64,000 nucleotides of DNA, taken from contig JANJGN010000013.1 in NCBI GenBank assembly GCA_026770705.1, positions 104,346,001 to 104,410,000 on the forward strand, written 5' to 3'. Source of the DNA: Isurus oxyrinchus (Eukaryota). This document shows positions 36,950-49,724 of the stretch, piece after piece. Under the pieces are notes generated by a model. That model made no database searches, had not been told where the DNA came from, and saw only the letters and a list, made by a program, of their open reading frames with translations. Within the stretch, counting starts at the first letter, position 1. The number at the start of each line of letters is the position of its first letter. A program made the position numbers and the translations under genes.

Positions 36950-38110
36950 TTCTGCTCTGACTGAGACAGAAGGCTGTGGTTGCAAACCCTACCCAAACTT
37001 CAGCACATATCCTATGCTGACACTCCTGTGCATTGGAGCATGCTACAACTTATGACAAACTTTTCTTCAGATGCGATATAAAATCAGAAGTGGGAATGTT
37101 CGCTGATGATTGCATAATGTTTAGTACCATTCACAACTTCTCAGATACTGAAGCCATGCACGCAGTAAGACTGAGACAATATTCAGGCCTGGGCTGATAA
37201 GTGGCAACTAAATTTGGCATCACACAAGCGCTGGGCAATGATATGTCTAAAAAGAGAGAATCTAACCATTGCCCCTTGATTTTCATATCATTACTATCGC
37301 TGAAACCCCCAGGATTAACATCCTGGAGGCTACCAATAACCAGAAACCGAACTGAACCAGCCATATAAATACTGTGGGGCTACAAGAGCAATCAAAGGCC
37401 GGGAATTCAAAGCAAATAACCCACCTCCTGACTCCCCAAAGCCTGTCCACCATTTACAAGGCACAAGTCAGGAGTGTGATGGACTATTGCTGCTCCGACA
37501 ACACTCAAGAATCTCGACACCATCCAGGACAAAGTAGCACATTTGATTGGCACCCCATCCAGCACCTTAAACATTCACTCCCTCCACCACCGACATGAGT
37601 GGCAGCAGTGTGCACCATCTATAAGATGCACTGCAGCAACTTGCTAAGCCTCGTTCAACAACATCTTCCAAACCTGCAACCTCTACCATCTTGAATGACA
37701 AGGGCAAAAAAAAAAAAAGCAGATGCACAGGAACACGACCATCTGCATGTTCCCCTCCAAGCCACACAACATTCCAACTTGGAACTATATCGCCATTCCT
37801 CCACTGTCACTGGGTAAAAATCCTGGAACTCCCTTCCTAACAGCATTGTGGGTGTACCTACACCACATAGACTGCAGCAGTTCAAGACAACAGCTGACCA
37901 CCACCTTCTCAAAGGAATTTAGGGATGGGCGACAAATGCTGGCCTTTGTAGCGATGTTCATATCCCAAGAAAGAATGGGAAAAAAAACAAGAAGCTGTCT
38001 GGTTACTCTGATGGTTCAGATGAACATTCACATTCCACTAATTAAAAAATGAAAGGGTGCTCTCCTACTGTCCCAGCCAACAGAAACAAAAATACATACT
38101 GATCACTGGT
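36950..38110 (+). mobile_element. Old DeuSINE-like SINE interrupted by a second-lineage LINE fragment (37080-37988)
   Basis: SINE head ctgagacagaaggctgtggttgcaaaccc. LINE portion from gaagtgggaatgttcgctgatgattgc (MFADDC) to agggatgggcgacaaatgctggcc. SINE-like body resumes after 37990. Confidence 0.7.
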
Positions 38111-38589
38111 TAATATTTACCCACCCACATTTATAAATGTCACAGTTCTCAAGGGTAACAAGAAATACTCTAGGGCTGTTCTAGTCTTTAAAAAATATAA
38201 GATTTCAACCCAGCCAGAGAATAGATTTAAAGACAACCAATTGAGAAAATGCAGGCTTTAAAGTGTTTCTGAAAAGCCTAAGACGTGTCTTATAAATGCA
38301 AGACCTTCTTAAACATAAAAATGAGAGAAAGCAGTTACTTTGAATACATAAAGATGCAATAATTAGCTTGTGAGGCATTCAGGTGATGCCAGAAGTACAA
38401 TGCACAAGTCTATCCTTGGAGTTGCCAAACATGGTCAAGAATTTTCTAATCATCATGGAGAGCAGTGTTACTAGCAAGTTTGAAACTGTACACATTTTAA
38501 AATGCTGCCCCATCCACGTTACCAACGAATGTATATTGCCATATGTGGTTCTTTGGGCACTTTCCCACCCCCTTCAGACAATGTTGAAT

Positions 38590-38740
38590 ATCATTTGCAT
38601 ACCCTTTGTGGGACCATGCAGAGCACCAATTGGTTGCCATGTCTGTCTACAAAACAACAGTCACTAAAGCAATTCAGTAACTGTGTAGTGCTTTGGGGTG
38701 TTCGGTGAGTGTGCAAGATGTTATGTAAATGCACATTTTT
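38590..38740 (+). mobile_element. DeuSINE-like 3' fragment
   Basis: tttgtgggacc...aattggttgcc...acaacagtcact...gctttgggg...taaatgca; matches the 3' parts of the 59925 and 63135 copies. Confidence 0.55.
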
Positions 38741-40629
38741 TCTTTTCCAGAAAATTGTACATAACTTTTAGAAAAAAGATGAGTCAATTTGTGCATGGTT
38801 ACGCACAGTTTCAGGGTTAGAAGAAAGCACCACTTTTTTTCAATAGGCTGAGTGGGTAGAGATGCAACACACTGCAGGCACAATCAATATTAAACTGAAG
38901 ACAGAGTTTGCCTGCATAAGTTACAGTAAGAATGGTGGCACCTTTGCTTGAAATCACACACAATACTTTTTTTTCATTTTTCTGCTTTATTCTGTAAAGA
39001 AATGAGATTCACTTCTCATAATTAGGCTCAAAAGGCATTTCAACTGAAGGAAAGTGCTTAATGTGCTTTTTACTAAAATTGCATCATAAATTCAAATAGA
39101 TTGCTTGCACAGATCAACAACAATTGACCCACAAATCCGGTATTTGAGCATAAATAACATACTCAGGTTTTTGAACTAGAACCCGTTCCATTTCCTCTGT
39201 CATGTAATTGTAATTGATACGCACACATATTGGCATTCAGTACCACATTTTTTTTTTAAAGTGATCCAATGAGAATCAACGGTTATTAAATCAACAGCAC
39301 TGATAAAATTTCAATCTAACCTTTAGACTACTTCGGGCATTTTACCCAATGGAAGCAAACTTTATCTAAATTTGTTCTTTACAATGTGGATAAAGATACC
39401 ACATACCTAGCAAACAGTCATGAACAGAATGAAGATATATTTCGAGCTTTTTTGCTGGCTTGCTGCAGTGTTCACATTTGGCATATATTTCATACAAATC
39501 ACCTTTTAAGATTTCTTATAAATTCAAAATAGCTCAATACAAAATGCTCAAAGTTACATGACGCAACACCACATGGTGTTATTTTCAATTAAGTCCTTTC
39601 CCCACTCCAAAGCACTACTATCCAATTTGATCAGCAAGTATCAAGACACTCAGCTGAAGTCATAAATCACCATGACAATAAAAAAAATCCTGGTAGACAA
39701 GTGAGTATAGGTCAGGGAACTATCATTCTAGCATTGCAACAACAAAATCCATAAGAAAACACGTAAGCATTAACATATAGTGCATATGCTTGCCAATTAT
39801 CACAGAAATCAATTGTTTTGTAGCTTAAATCAAACACCCTCATGACTTCAAAATTGCAAAGTATCGCCTAAACATTTTATTGAAAAGAAATACAAACACA
39901 TCCAATAGATTTGAAACAGCAAATAACAGTTTCTCAGGTCTATGCTGTTGAAATCAGTAGTTGATATGTGTGGCATAGCTGATTCAGCTGAATCATCTCC
40001 TGACTTTCTCTAACTTCCTCTGTATGGAAAAAGCACCTCATCTCCATTTAGTGGCTTCCTCCAAATGTACTGCTGAGGTCAAAAACCATATGTAGAACAT
40101 TATAAAGTTTGATTGTTATCTTCTCTAATAGTCTACTGTTTTGCCTATGTAATTCAACATTCTATTGACTTTTGCTTATTTATTAAGTGTCTTGGTTTTT
40201 ATTGGTTCATCCTTTATTTCAACATAGCTCATGAAGTGCTGTCTATTTTTCTTTCCTATGTGCAGTACTTTGCACTTGTCTGCTTTAAATTTCATCTCCC
40301 TTTCATCTGCCAACTTGCATATTTTTTTCCCAATTGATTGTGTAATTTCTGATCCAATTCCACTGCCCTCCTATTTTAACATCCTGTGCTAATTTGAGTA
40401 TCCAATTCCAGGTCACATTTCTAATTTAGAAACAGTGGTTATACTTGTATCTGGTCCTTCAGTCAGCTTCTTATTTGTTCCCAGTGTTTTCTTAAATGGC
40501 CACAGCTTTGAATTAATTAGTGGCCTTTCTTATGATACATTATGAAAAGTCTTTGAAAGTCGAGGTACTTCACACAGGTTCATCAGAGCCTACTTGGTTG
40601 CCACTTCTTAATTAGGTGGAATTGCCAAA

Positions 40630-41290
40630 CTCCAACCCTGTCTCAGCTCATCTGCTGCTTGGAGTCTCATCCATGCCTTTGTTACCTCTAGACTTGTCTC
40701 TTCCAATAGGCTCCTGATCAGTTTCCCATCTTCCACCCTTCCCATCTTCCATAAATGTAAGCTTATTCAAAACTGATGCAATTATCCCAACTCGCACCAA
40801 GTTCATTTCAATAGTTACCCCTGCGCTAGTTAAGCTACATTAGCCCCCAGTTAAGCAAAGTCTTGATTTTAACACTATCATCCTTATTTCCTAGGCCCTG
40901 CCCCTCCCATCTCTGTAATCTCCTCCAGCCCAACAACTCACCAAGATATCTGGATTCCTCCAATTCTGCCCATTTGAGCATCCCTGATTTAAATCACTCC
41001 ACCAATGGTGGTTGAACCTTCAAAGAACAAAGAACAAAGCAAAGTACAGCACAGGAACAGGCCCTTCAGTCCTCCAAGCTTGCGCCGATCATATTCAACT
41101 GCTGAAATTCTAAGCGCTGGAATTCTCTCTAAACTTCTCTGGTTTTACTTTTTTTGTTTCTAAGATGCTCCTTGAAACCTGCCTCTGAACAAGATGTTGG
41201 CCATTTGCACGATTATCTTATGTGTCTCAGTGTCAAACTTTGTTTGTTAGGCTCCTGTGAATGTTGGCATGTTTTACTTTGTTATGGGCA
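40630..41290 (+). mobile_element. L2 LINE 3' fragment containing a short minus-strand CR1 tail (about 41021-41093)
   Basis: ctcatccatgcctttgttacctctagactt = LIHAFVTSRL (L2 C-terminal motif); insert (aaagaac)n...acagcacaggaacaggccc. Confidence 0.8.
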
Positions 41291-41299
41291 CAAGGGATT

Positions 41300-41710
41300 G
41301 CAGTTTTGTGGATAGGCTAGAGAAGTTGGATATTCTTCTTCGAGCAGTGAAGGTTGAGAGGAGATTTGATAAGAGGTGTTTAAAATCATAAAGGGTTCCA
41401 AATAAGTAAAGAAGAAACAATATTTTTCAACAGCTGAATGGCAGATAATGAGAGGACACAGATTTAAGGTGATTAACGTGATGGTTTATTTTTAAATTCA
41501 AAAAGTAGCTAGAAATTAGAATGCACTGTCTGATGCATGGTGGATAGAAATTCAATACTGGCCTTCAAAGGGGAATTGGGTAAATACTTGAAGGATAAAA
41601 TAATGCAAGATATGAGTTGAGACGACCCGAATAGCTCTTCGAAAGAGCCCACATTGGCTTGGTGCGCTGAACTGCCTTTTTCCGCACTGTACTGTTCTAT
41701 GATTTTATGA
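41300..41710 (+). mobile_element. Old CR1 3' fragment
   Basis: gagaggagatttgat, gagaggacacagatttaaggtgatt, tail ttctatgattttatga; same type as 1-322. Confidence 0.8.
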
Positions 41711-42755
41711 GGGGGTTAAAATCTGTACGTTAATATACCTTCTTTTTACTTATCCATGCTGTTCTGCAAATTGAATGTCTCTTTCTATTCTGCACCCCCA
41801 TCTTGACTTTTACATGCAGTAAGTTCCATGAATAGTTACAGCTGTCTGGCACTTCTCCCCAACTTGTAATTCCTTCAGTAACACCTGGGAAGAGCACAAT
41901 ATTTGACAGTGCAGGCATCACAGCCAAGCCTGAATTTTCTTCTCAGCAAATGTTCGCATGCAGAATTTATGCATCACTGCATTGCAACTGGAAGCAGAAA
42001 ACTCATTTCCCTCCTTTTAGTTCAGTGACACATAATTTGTAACAGTTCATTGCTACCTTAATTGACATCTAGAACATATCAAAGCAAACCCAAGAACTTT
42101 GTCATCTGCTGACTCAGTAACGCACCAGGCAATGCATTTAACCAGGCAATCATGAGTAAAAACGTTTGCATGTGAACCTTTTTCTTTCAAAAAAAGTGGT
42201 TTTAAGCAAGTCAGCTTGTTTTAATCTATTTTGTTAAAAGAATTACATTACCCCACAATAAGCATTTTGGTGAAGCTAATTTAAACTGCCATTCAATAAA
42301 ATCATGGTTGATTTAATCTTAATCTCAACTTCATATTCCTGCCGGCCTCCAATAACCTTTCACCCCCTTGATAATCAAGAGTCTATCTACCTCTGCTGTA
42401 AAGATATTTAAAGATTCTGCCTCAACCACTTTTTGAGGAAGAGAATTCCAAAGCCTCTCAACCCTCAGAAAATGTTTTTCCTCATCTCGGTCTTAAATGG
42501 GCAAACCCTTATTTTGAACAGTGGCCTCTAGTTCTAGCTTCTCCTAAGAGAGGAAACATTCTTTCCACATCCACCCTGTCAAAACCCCTCAGGATCTTAC
42601 TATTCTCAACTCCAGTGGATACAAGCCTAGTCCTGTCCAACCTTTCCTCATAAACCAACCCGCCCATTCCAGGTATTAATCTGGTAAACCTTCTCTGAAC
42701 TGCTTCCAATGCATTTACATCTTTCCTTTAATAAGGAGACCAATACTGTACACAT

Positions 42756-43309
42756 CTTCCGACTAGGCACCTTACAGCCTTCCGGTCTGAATATTGAATT
42801 CAATAACTTTAGGTCGTGAGCTCCCTCCCCCATCCCCACCCCCTTTCTGTTTCCCCCTTTTTTCCCCTTTTTTTTCCCTATAAATTTTATAGATTTTTCT
42901 TTTCCCACCTATTTCCATTATTTTTAAATATTTTAAAATCTTTTATGCTCCCCCCACCCCCACTAGAGCTGTACCTTGAGTGCCCTACCATCCATTCTTA
43001 ATTAGCACATTCGTTTAGATAATATCACCAACTTTAATTTTAACACCTATGTGTTCTTTTGTACCATTGTCACTGACATCTTTTGATGATCTGCTTCTAT
43101 CACTGCTTGTTTGTCTACACAAGCACCTCTGTCTCTCTCTCTCTCTCCGCCCCCCCACACACACACCTTAAACCAGCTTATATTTCAACTCTTTCTTGGA
43201 CTCGAAATCAAGTTCTGTCGAAGGGTCATGAGGACTCGAAACGTCAACTCTTTTCTTCTCCGCCGATGCTGCCAGACCTGCTGAGTTTTTCCAGGTAATT
43301 CTGTTTTTG
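42756..43309 (+). mobile_element. Young 5'-truncated Penelope-like element (GIY-YIG C-terminus + pseudo-LTR) with 12-bp TSD
   Basis: Begins with (I)FRLGTLQPSGLNIEFNNFRS*, the typical PLE endonuclease end. TACTGTACACAT at 42744-42755 and 43310-43321. Confidence 0.92.
43211..43249 (+). ncRNA. Minimal hammerhead ribozyme-like motif in the PLE pseudo-LTR
   Basis: agtt ctgtcga a gggtc atgag gactc gaaac gtc aact, at the position expected for PLE-associated hammerheads. Confidence 0.7.
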
Positions 43310-43775
43310 TACTGTACACATTACTCCAGATGTGATCTCATTAGTGCCTCGCATACGTGAAGCAAACCTCCCTACTCTTGTATCCAATTCCCCTTGCAAT
43401 AAATGATAACATTCTATTAGCTCTGCTAATTGCTTGCCGCTAATCTTTTGCGATTCATGCACTAGGACATCCAGGTCCCTCTGCATCTCAGGAGCTGTTT
43501 TATCTTTCACCAATTAGATAATATGCTTTTTTTTACACATTTGTTCTGCTAAAATGTACAACCTCCTATTTTCCCACATTATACTCCATTTGCCAGATCT
43601 TTGCCCACTCATCTAACCAATCTACATCCTTTTGTAGCCTCCTTATGTCTTCTTCACAACCTACTTTCCACCTTTCTTTGTATCATCAGCAAATTTAGAA
43701 ACCTTCATCTAAATCATTTATCATTGAGGCAAATTGTAAAGAGTTCAGGCCCCAGCACAGATCCCTGTGGCCCAC

Positions 43776-45278
43776 TGGTGGTCATCTTCCGAGATTCTAT
43801 AGACTCTGGAACAGTTCCGACAGATTGGAGGGTAGCTAATGTAACCCCATTATTTAAAAAGGGAAGTGAGAGAAAAAAGGAATTATAAACCAGTCAGCCT
43901 GACGTCGGTAGTGGGGGAAATTCGAGTCCATTATAAAAGATTTAATAGCTGAGCACTTGGAAAAGAGTGGCAGAATCGGACAGAGTCAGCATGGATTTAC
44001 GAAAGGGAAATCATACTTGATAAATCTACTGGAATTTTTCGAGGATGTAACTAGTAGAGTTGATGAGGGGGAGCCAGTGGATATGGTTTATTTGGACTTT
44101 CAGACGGCTTTCAACAAAGTCCCGCATAAGAGATTAGCGTGTACAATTAAAGCGCATGGGATTGTGGGTAGTGTATTGAGATGGATAGAAAACTGGTTGG
44201 CAGACAGGAAACAAAGAGTAGGAATAAATTGGTCTTTTTCCAAATGGCAGGCAGTGACTAGTGGGGTAGCGCAGGGATCGGTGCTGGGACTCCAGCTATT
44301 CGCAATATATATTAATGATTTAGATGAGGGAACTAAATGTAATATCTCCAAATTTGCAGATGACACAAAGCTGGGTGGGAGGGTGAGCTGTGAGGAGGAT
44401 TCAGAGATGTTTCAGTGTGATTTGGACAAGCTGAGTGAGTGGGCAAATGCATGGCAGATGCAGTATAATGTGGATGAATGTGAGGTTATCCATTTTGGTA
44501 GCAAAAACAGGAAGGCAGATTATCTGAATGGCTATAAATTGAGAGAGGGGAATGTGCAACGAGATCTGGGTGTCCTGGTACACCAGTCGCTGAAGGTAAG
44601 CATGCAGGTGCAAGCAGGCAATAAAGAAGGCAAATGGTATGTTGGTTTTCATAGCCAGAAGATTCGAATACTGCAGCAGGGATGTCTTGCTGCAATTATA
44701 CAGGGCCTTGGTGAAACCACACCTGAAATAGTGTGTGCAGTTTTGGTCTCCTTATCTGTGGAAAGATGTTATTGCCACAAAGGGAGTGCAGTGAAAGTTT
44801 ACCAGATTGATTCCTTGGATGGTGGGACTGGCATAGGAGGAGAGATTGAGTTGGTTAGGATTACATTCGCTGGAGTTCAAAAGAATGAGGGGGGAATCTC
44901 ATAGAAACCTATAAAATTCGAACAGGACGAGACAGGGTAGATGCAGGAAGGATGTTCCCGATGGTGGGGGAGTCCAGAGCCAGGGGTCACAGTCTGAGGA
45001 TAAGGGGTAGACCATTTAGGACTAAGATGAGGAGAAATATCTTCACCCAGTGAGTGGTGAGCCTGTGGAATTCGCTACCACAGGAAGTAGCTGGGGCCAA
45101 AACATTGTATGTTTTCAAGAAGGAGTTAGATATAGCTCTTGGGGCGAAAGGGATCAAAGGATATGGGAAGAAGGCGGGAGCAGGCTACTGAGTTGGATGA
45201 TCAGCCATGATCATGATGAATGGTGGAGCAGGCTCGAAGGGCCGAATTGCCTGCTCCTATTTTCTATGTTTCTATATT
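43776..45278 (+). mobile_element. Young 5'-truncated CR1 (RT) nested in the minus-strand CR1
   Basis: 315-aa ORF with QHGFTKGKS, YLDF, GVAQGSVLG, FADDTKL; tail tttctatgtttctat; highly similar to 51043-52528. Confidence 0.95.
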
Positions 45279-47004
45279 AGTCATCATATCCTGCCAAATG
45301 ACCCATTTATGCCTTCTCTGTTTCCTGTTAGCCAGCCAATCTTCTATCCATGCCAATACGTGACCCCCTATACCATGAACTTTTATTTTCTGACATAACC
45401 TTTGAAGAGACACCATATCAAATGTCTTCCGAAAATCTAAGTACAGTCCATCCACTGGATCCCCTTTATCCACAGCATCTGCTGCTTCTTCAAATAGCTC
45501 CAATAAATTGGCTAAACATGATTTCCCTTTCACAAAACCATGTTGACTCAGCCTGATTATCTTAAATTTATCGAAGTGCCCTGTTATAACATCCTTAATA
45601 ATAGCTTCTCGCATTTTCCCTATGACTGGCCTACAGCTGCCTGTTTTCTGTCTTCCTTTTTGAATGAAGGAGTTACATTAGCTATTTTCTAACCTAGTGG
45701 AACTTTCCCCAAATGTAGTGAATTTTGAAAAATTAAAACCAACGGATCAACTACCTCATGAGCCATTTCTTTTAAGACCCTAGGATGAAATCCATCAGGA
45801 CCTGGGTACTCAGCAAATTGTTGGAACTGTGGGTTGACAAGTTCCAATTACCTGGTGATCGTAATTTTCTTGAGCTCCCCCTTCTAATTCCAGACACAGC
45901 TATTTCTGAGATGTTATTTGTATCCTCTATAGTGAAGACCAATGCAAAATACTTGTTCAATTCATCTGTTATTTTCAAATTTTCCATTATTAACTCTCCA
46001 GATTACTTTCTATAGGACCAATGCTCAATTTGTTTACTCTTTTCTTTTAAAAATAGCTATAGAAAATTATCTGTCTTGATATTTCTAGCTAGTTTTCTCT
46101 CATACTCCAATTTTTCCCTCCTTATTAATCTTTTAATCATTCTTTGCTGTTTATATTCTGGTCTATCTACTGGCCTGCCAGCCATTTTTGAGCAATGATA
46201 TGCTTTAAGTTTGATACTATCACGAGCTTTTTTAATTAATCATGGATGGTGGGTCCTCCCTTGGAATTTTTCTCTCTTGTTGTATTCGGAAATATCCCTT
46301 TAAGTGTCTGCCACAACATCTCTATTGACCTATCCCTTTACTAAATTGCCAGTTCACTTTTGCTAGCTCTGCTTTCATGCCCTCATAATTGCCCTTATTG
46401 AAGTTTAAAATACTAGTCTTAGACTCACTCTTCTCTTCCTCAAACTGAATGTAAATTTCAATCATATTATGATCACTGCTACCTAAGAGCGCCTTCACTC
46501 TGAGGTCATTAATTCATCCCATCTCATTGGACAATTCCAGGTCTAGTATAGCCTGCTGCCTACTTGGCTTCAATACGTAATCTACGAACTATCCTGAAAA
46601 CATTCTATGAGTTCGCCACATACACTACCTTTGCCCATCTGATTTTGTCAGTCTATATATAGATTAAAATCCCCTATGATAATCGCCGTATCTTTCTGAC
46701 AAACTCCCACTATTTCTTCATTGATACCCCATCCTCCTGTATCATTAGTATTAGGAGGCCTGTACACAATTCCCACAAGTGACTTCTTGCCTTTATGATT
46801 CCTCATCTCTGCTCTCCCTCTCTATTCTGCTAATATCGTCTTTAATTAACAGAACAACCCCTCCACCTTTTCCTAACTTCCCATCCTTCTTAAAAGTCAC
46901 ATACCCTTCAATATTCAGGTCCCAATCTATGCCAGCCTACAACAATTGGTCCAATTACTTCATGAACAAAAAAAACATATGAAATCTTAAAATCCAAATC
47001 ACTT

Positions 47005-48150
47005 ACAGTTGAGTCATTTACAGCACAGGAGGCAGCCATTCAGCCCAAAGAGTCCATGCCGGCTCTCCCAGGGGCAATGTAGTCAGTCCCACTCTCCTGG
47101 TCTATCCCTATGGCCCTGCAGGTTTATTTTCTTCAAGTGTCCATCAACTTCCTTTATTAATCAGAGATCGTTTCCGCTTTCACCACCCTTGTGAGCAGCA
47201 AGTTCCAGATCACAACCTTTGTGAGTCGTGAGCTCCAGGTCATTACCGTGCACTGAGTAAAAAAGGTCCTTCTCACATTCCCCCTGCATCGCTTGCCAAA
47301 AGCCTTTAATGAGTCCCCTAGCCCACATACCATCAGCTTACAGGAACAGCTTTTCTTAATCTACCTTATCTAAACTTGTAATGATCTGGCTAGATCCCTT
47401 CTCATTGCTTGGTATTAGTCCTTCTTCAATCTAGACATTCTACTTTACATCATTCCTCACTTTTCTCCATTACTAATCTAAATGTTACGATATGATACGA
47501 TGATCACTCTTAACCAAGTGTTCCCCAACCGGCACTTGGTCTGTTTTATCCACCTTATTTCCCAGCAGCAGATCCAGCAATAACTCTGTTCTATTTGGGC
47601 TGAAAACATGCTGATCAAGGAAGCTCTCCTGAACACATTTCAGAAATTCCTCCCCCCTCCTTACCCTTTTCTCTAATATTAATTACCCAAATATCGATTG
47701 GGACAATGTCCCCCAATATCATCACTCTATAGTTCACAGAATGGTTACAGCACAGAAGATGGTCATTCAGCCTGTAGTGCCTGTACTGACTCTCCAAAGG
47801 AGCTATTTACCTAGTGCCACACCCGACCTCTCCCCACAGCCCTGCACATTCTTCCTCTCCTAAATTAAATTAAAACTTATATTGCACATTTCTGTGATTT
47901 CCCCAAGAGTGGATCCGCTACCCATCACTCACTGTTTGGGGGCCTAAAGAATACCCTCAGTAGCATGATCAAACCCTTTTTGCTCCTCAACTCTAAATGT
48001 ATTCTGTCCTTGCCCCCTCAAGGAAATCCCTTCTTTCGAACACTACAATGTCTTTGCCACCCTACCTCCCTTTTCTTCCTTCTCAATCTTTTCTGAACAC
48101 ATTATATCCTTCAATATTAAGTGCCCAGTTCTCACCATTTTTAAGCCACC
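47005..48150 (-). mobile_element. Cluster of minus-strand CR1 fragments (3' ends at about 47015 and 47735; EN fragment about 47480-48150)
   Basis: Two acagcacag(g/a)ag tails; EN remnant VMILGDIVPIDIW (GDFN-like). Confidence 0.7.
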
Positions 48151-49194
48151 ATGTTTATAGAAATAATTGATAAATACTAGGGCTATTTAACTATTTAGAA
48201 TTTTATTTTAAATAGGCTTTACGAAAGGCAGTAAGTCCCTCCACACCAGTTAAGAAGCAACAAATTTGCTCCTAGTTTCTGTCACTCAGTCATCAAGATA
48301 ATGCTAGAAACCACCCTCACATGATTAACCCATGATTCCAGTGTTCCCATCTTCGCTCCTCACTTTTAATGAGTGGCATTTACTGCTATTGAAGATAAGG
48401 AGTTCAACACGATGAAATCACCATCCTAGAGAGATATTAGGGGCTTTAGCAGCAGGATGAATAAAAACAAGAAGTAAAACTGTGTTATCAGTGATGTGGT
48501 CACTTAAGACTTACATGTAACATGATCTCCTTCAATAATAAAACTTGCTATGTCATGCGCTCAAATATAGTTCCAGTATCTATAATACAGGTATAAAGTA
48601 ACATCAAAGGCCAAAAGAAGTTAGCAATTCCATACCATATGTAACTAGAACTTGGGTTTTGAGAATTTGGGGAAAAATATTGAATTTAAAGTCAAATAGA
48701 AAAGGTCTTCATGTACTTCACAGGGGACAGGAACACTTAGTTTAAATGCAGGGTTTCTTATTGATTGTCATATAAGTGGTCATAAGACAATGAAGCTATG
48801 GAAACTAGTTTCTTGTTAATGTATTGTATGTGCAGCACAAGTGACACTTTGGAAATGTGCACCTCCCGACAGACATCCATTTATTCTAAGGACTGCTGCC
48901 AGCTGAACGTCAGCACTGACTGTAAAGGCACAATTAGTGTTCATTCTCAAAAGCCTCTTTTATTGGCCTGCAGAAGGGCAAGACCTTCAATAATCAACAT
49001 TTACTAGAATATTGTGTTCCACAACTGCTGATAGAATTAACATCACTTACATAGAATTGAGCAGAGAGCCTATAAAAGAACACTTTGCTGTGCAATATTC
49101 ACTAGGAAGTGCTTTTCTATGAAGGTGACTGAGGAAAAAAAATGGCTTCAATACACTGCTTTTTCCACAACCATTAAATTGAATACAGAACAAA

Positions 49195-49440
49195 GTTGAG
49201 TGGTCGTTAGTCTGTGGAATTCTCTTCCCCAGAGAGCAGTGGTGGCAGGGTCATTGAATAATTTTACGGTTGAGTTAGATTGAGTCTTGATTGACAAGGG
49301 AATCAAAAGGTTGTATGGGATAGTCAGGAAAAGAGAGTTGAGGTCAGATTCAGATCAGCCATGATTTTATCATATAGCAGAACAGGCTCAAGGGGCCAAA
49401 TGGCCTACTCCCACTCCTAATTCATATGTTCATACGGTAT
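49195..49440 (+). mobile_element. CR1 3' fragment
   Basis: tctgtggaattctcttccccagagagcagtgg...ggcctactcccactcctaattcatatgttcatac. Confidence 0.85.
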
Positions 49441-49649
49441 CAAAAACAGAATTACCTGGAAAAACTCAGCAGGTCTGGTAGCATCGGCGGAGAAGAAAAG
49501 AGTTGACGTTTCGAGTCCTCAAGACCCTTCGACAGAACTTGAAACGTCAACTCTTTTCTTCTCCGCCGATGCTGCCAGACCTGCTGAGTTTTTCCAGGTA
49601 ATTCTGTTTTTGTTTTGGATTTCCAGCATCCGCAGTTTTGTTTTGTCTT
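49441..49649. mobile_element. Young short Penelope-like insertion (inverted pseudo-LTR pair) with 16-bp TSD
   Basis: TATGTTCRTACGGTAT at 49425-49440 and 49650-49665; arms 49441-49512 and 49541-49612; hammerhead-like motif on the minus strand at 49501-49539. Confidence 0.92.
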
Positions 49650-49724
49650 TATGTTCGTACGGTATGTCTGATTAAGGTCACTGTCTGTAATTAGAATCAT
49701 TGCCCCATTATCTCATGCCCCATT

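Larger units (their letters stand above)
42288..46945 (-). mobile_element. Decayed CR1 ORF2 (EN+RT+3' UTR) carrying two nested insertions
   Basis: Minus ORFs EAVQRRFTRLIPGMGGL, SQHGFVKGKSCLANLLE, ITDELNKYFALVFTIED; same subfamily as 1440-5392. Confidence 0.92.

Noticed and set aside
43957-44904. Functional or domesticated reverse transcriptase gene
   Set aside because: 5'-truncated CR1 with a frameshift after VSMQVQ; the open frame reflects youth, not evident selection.
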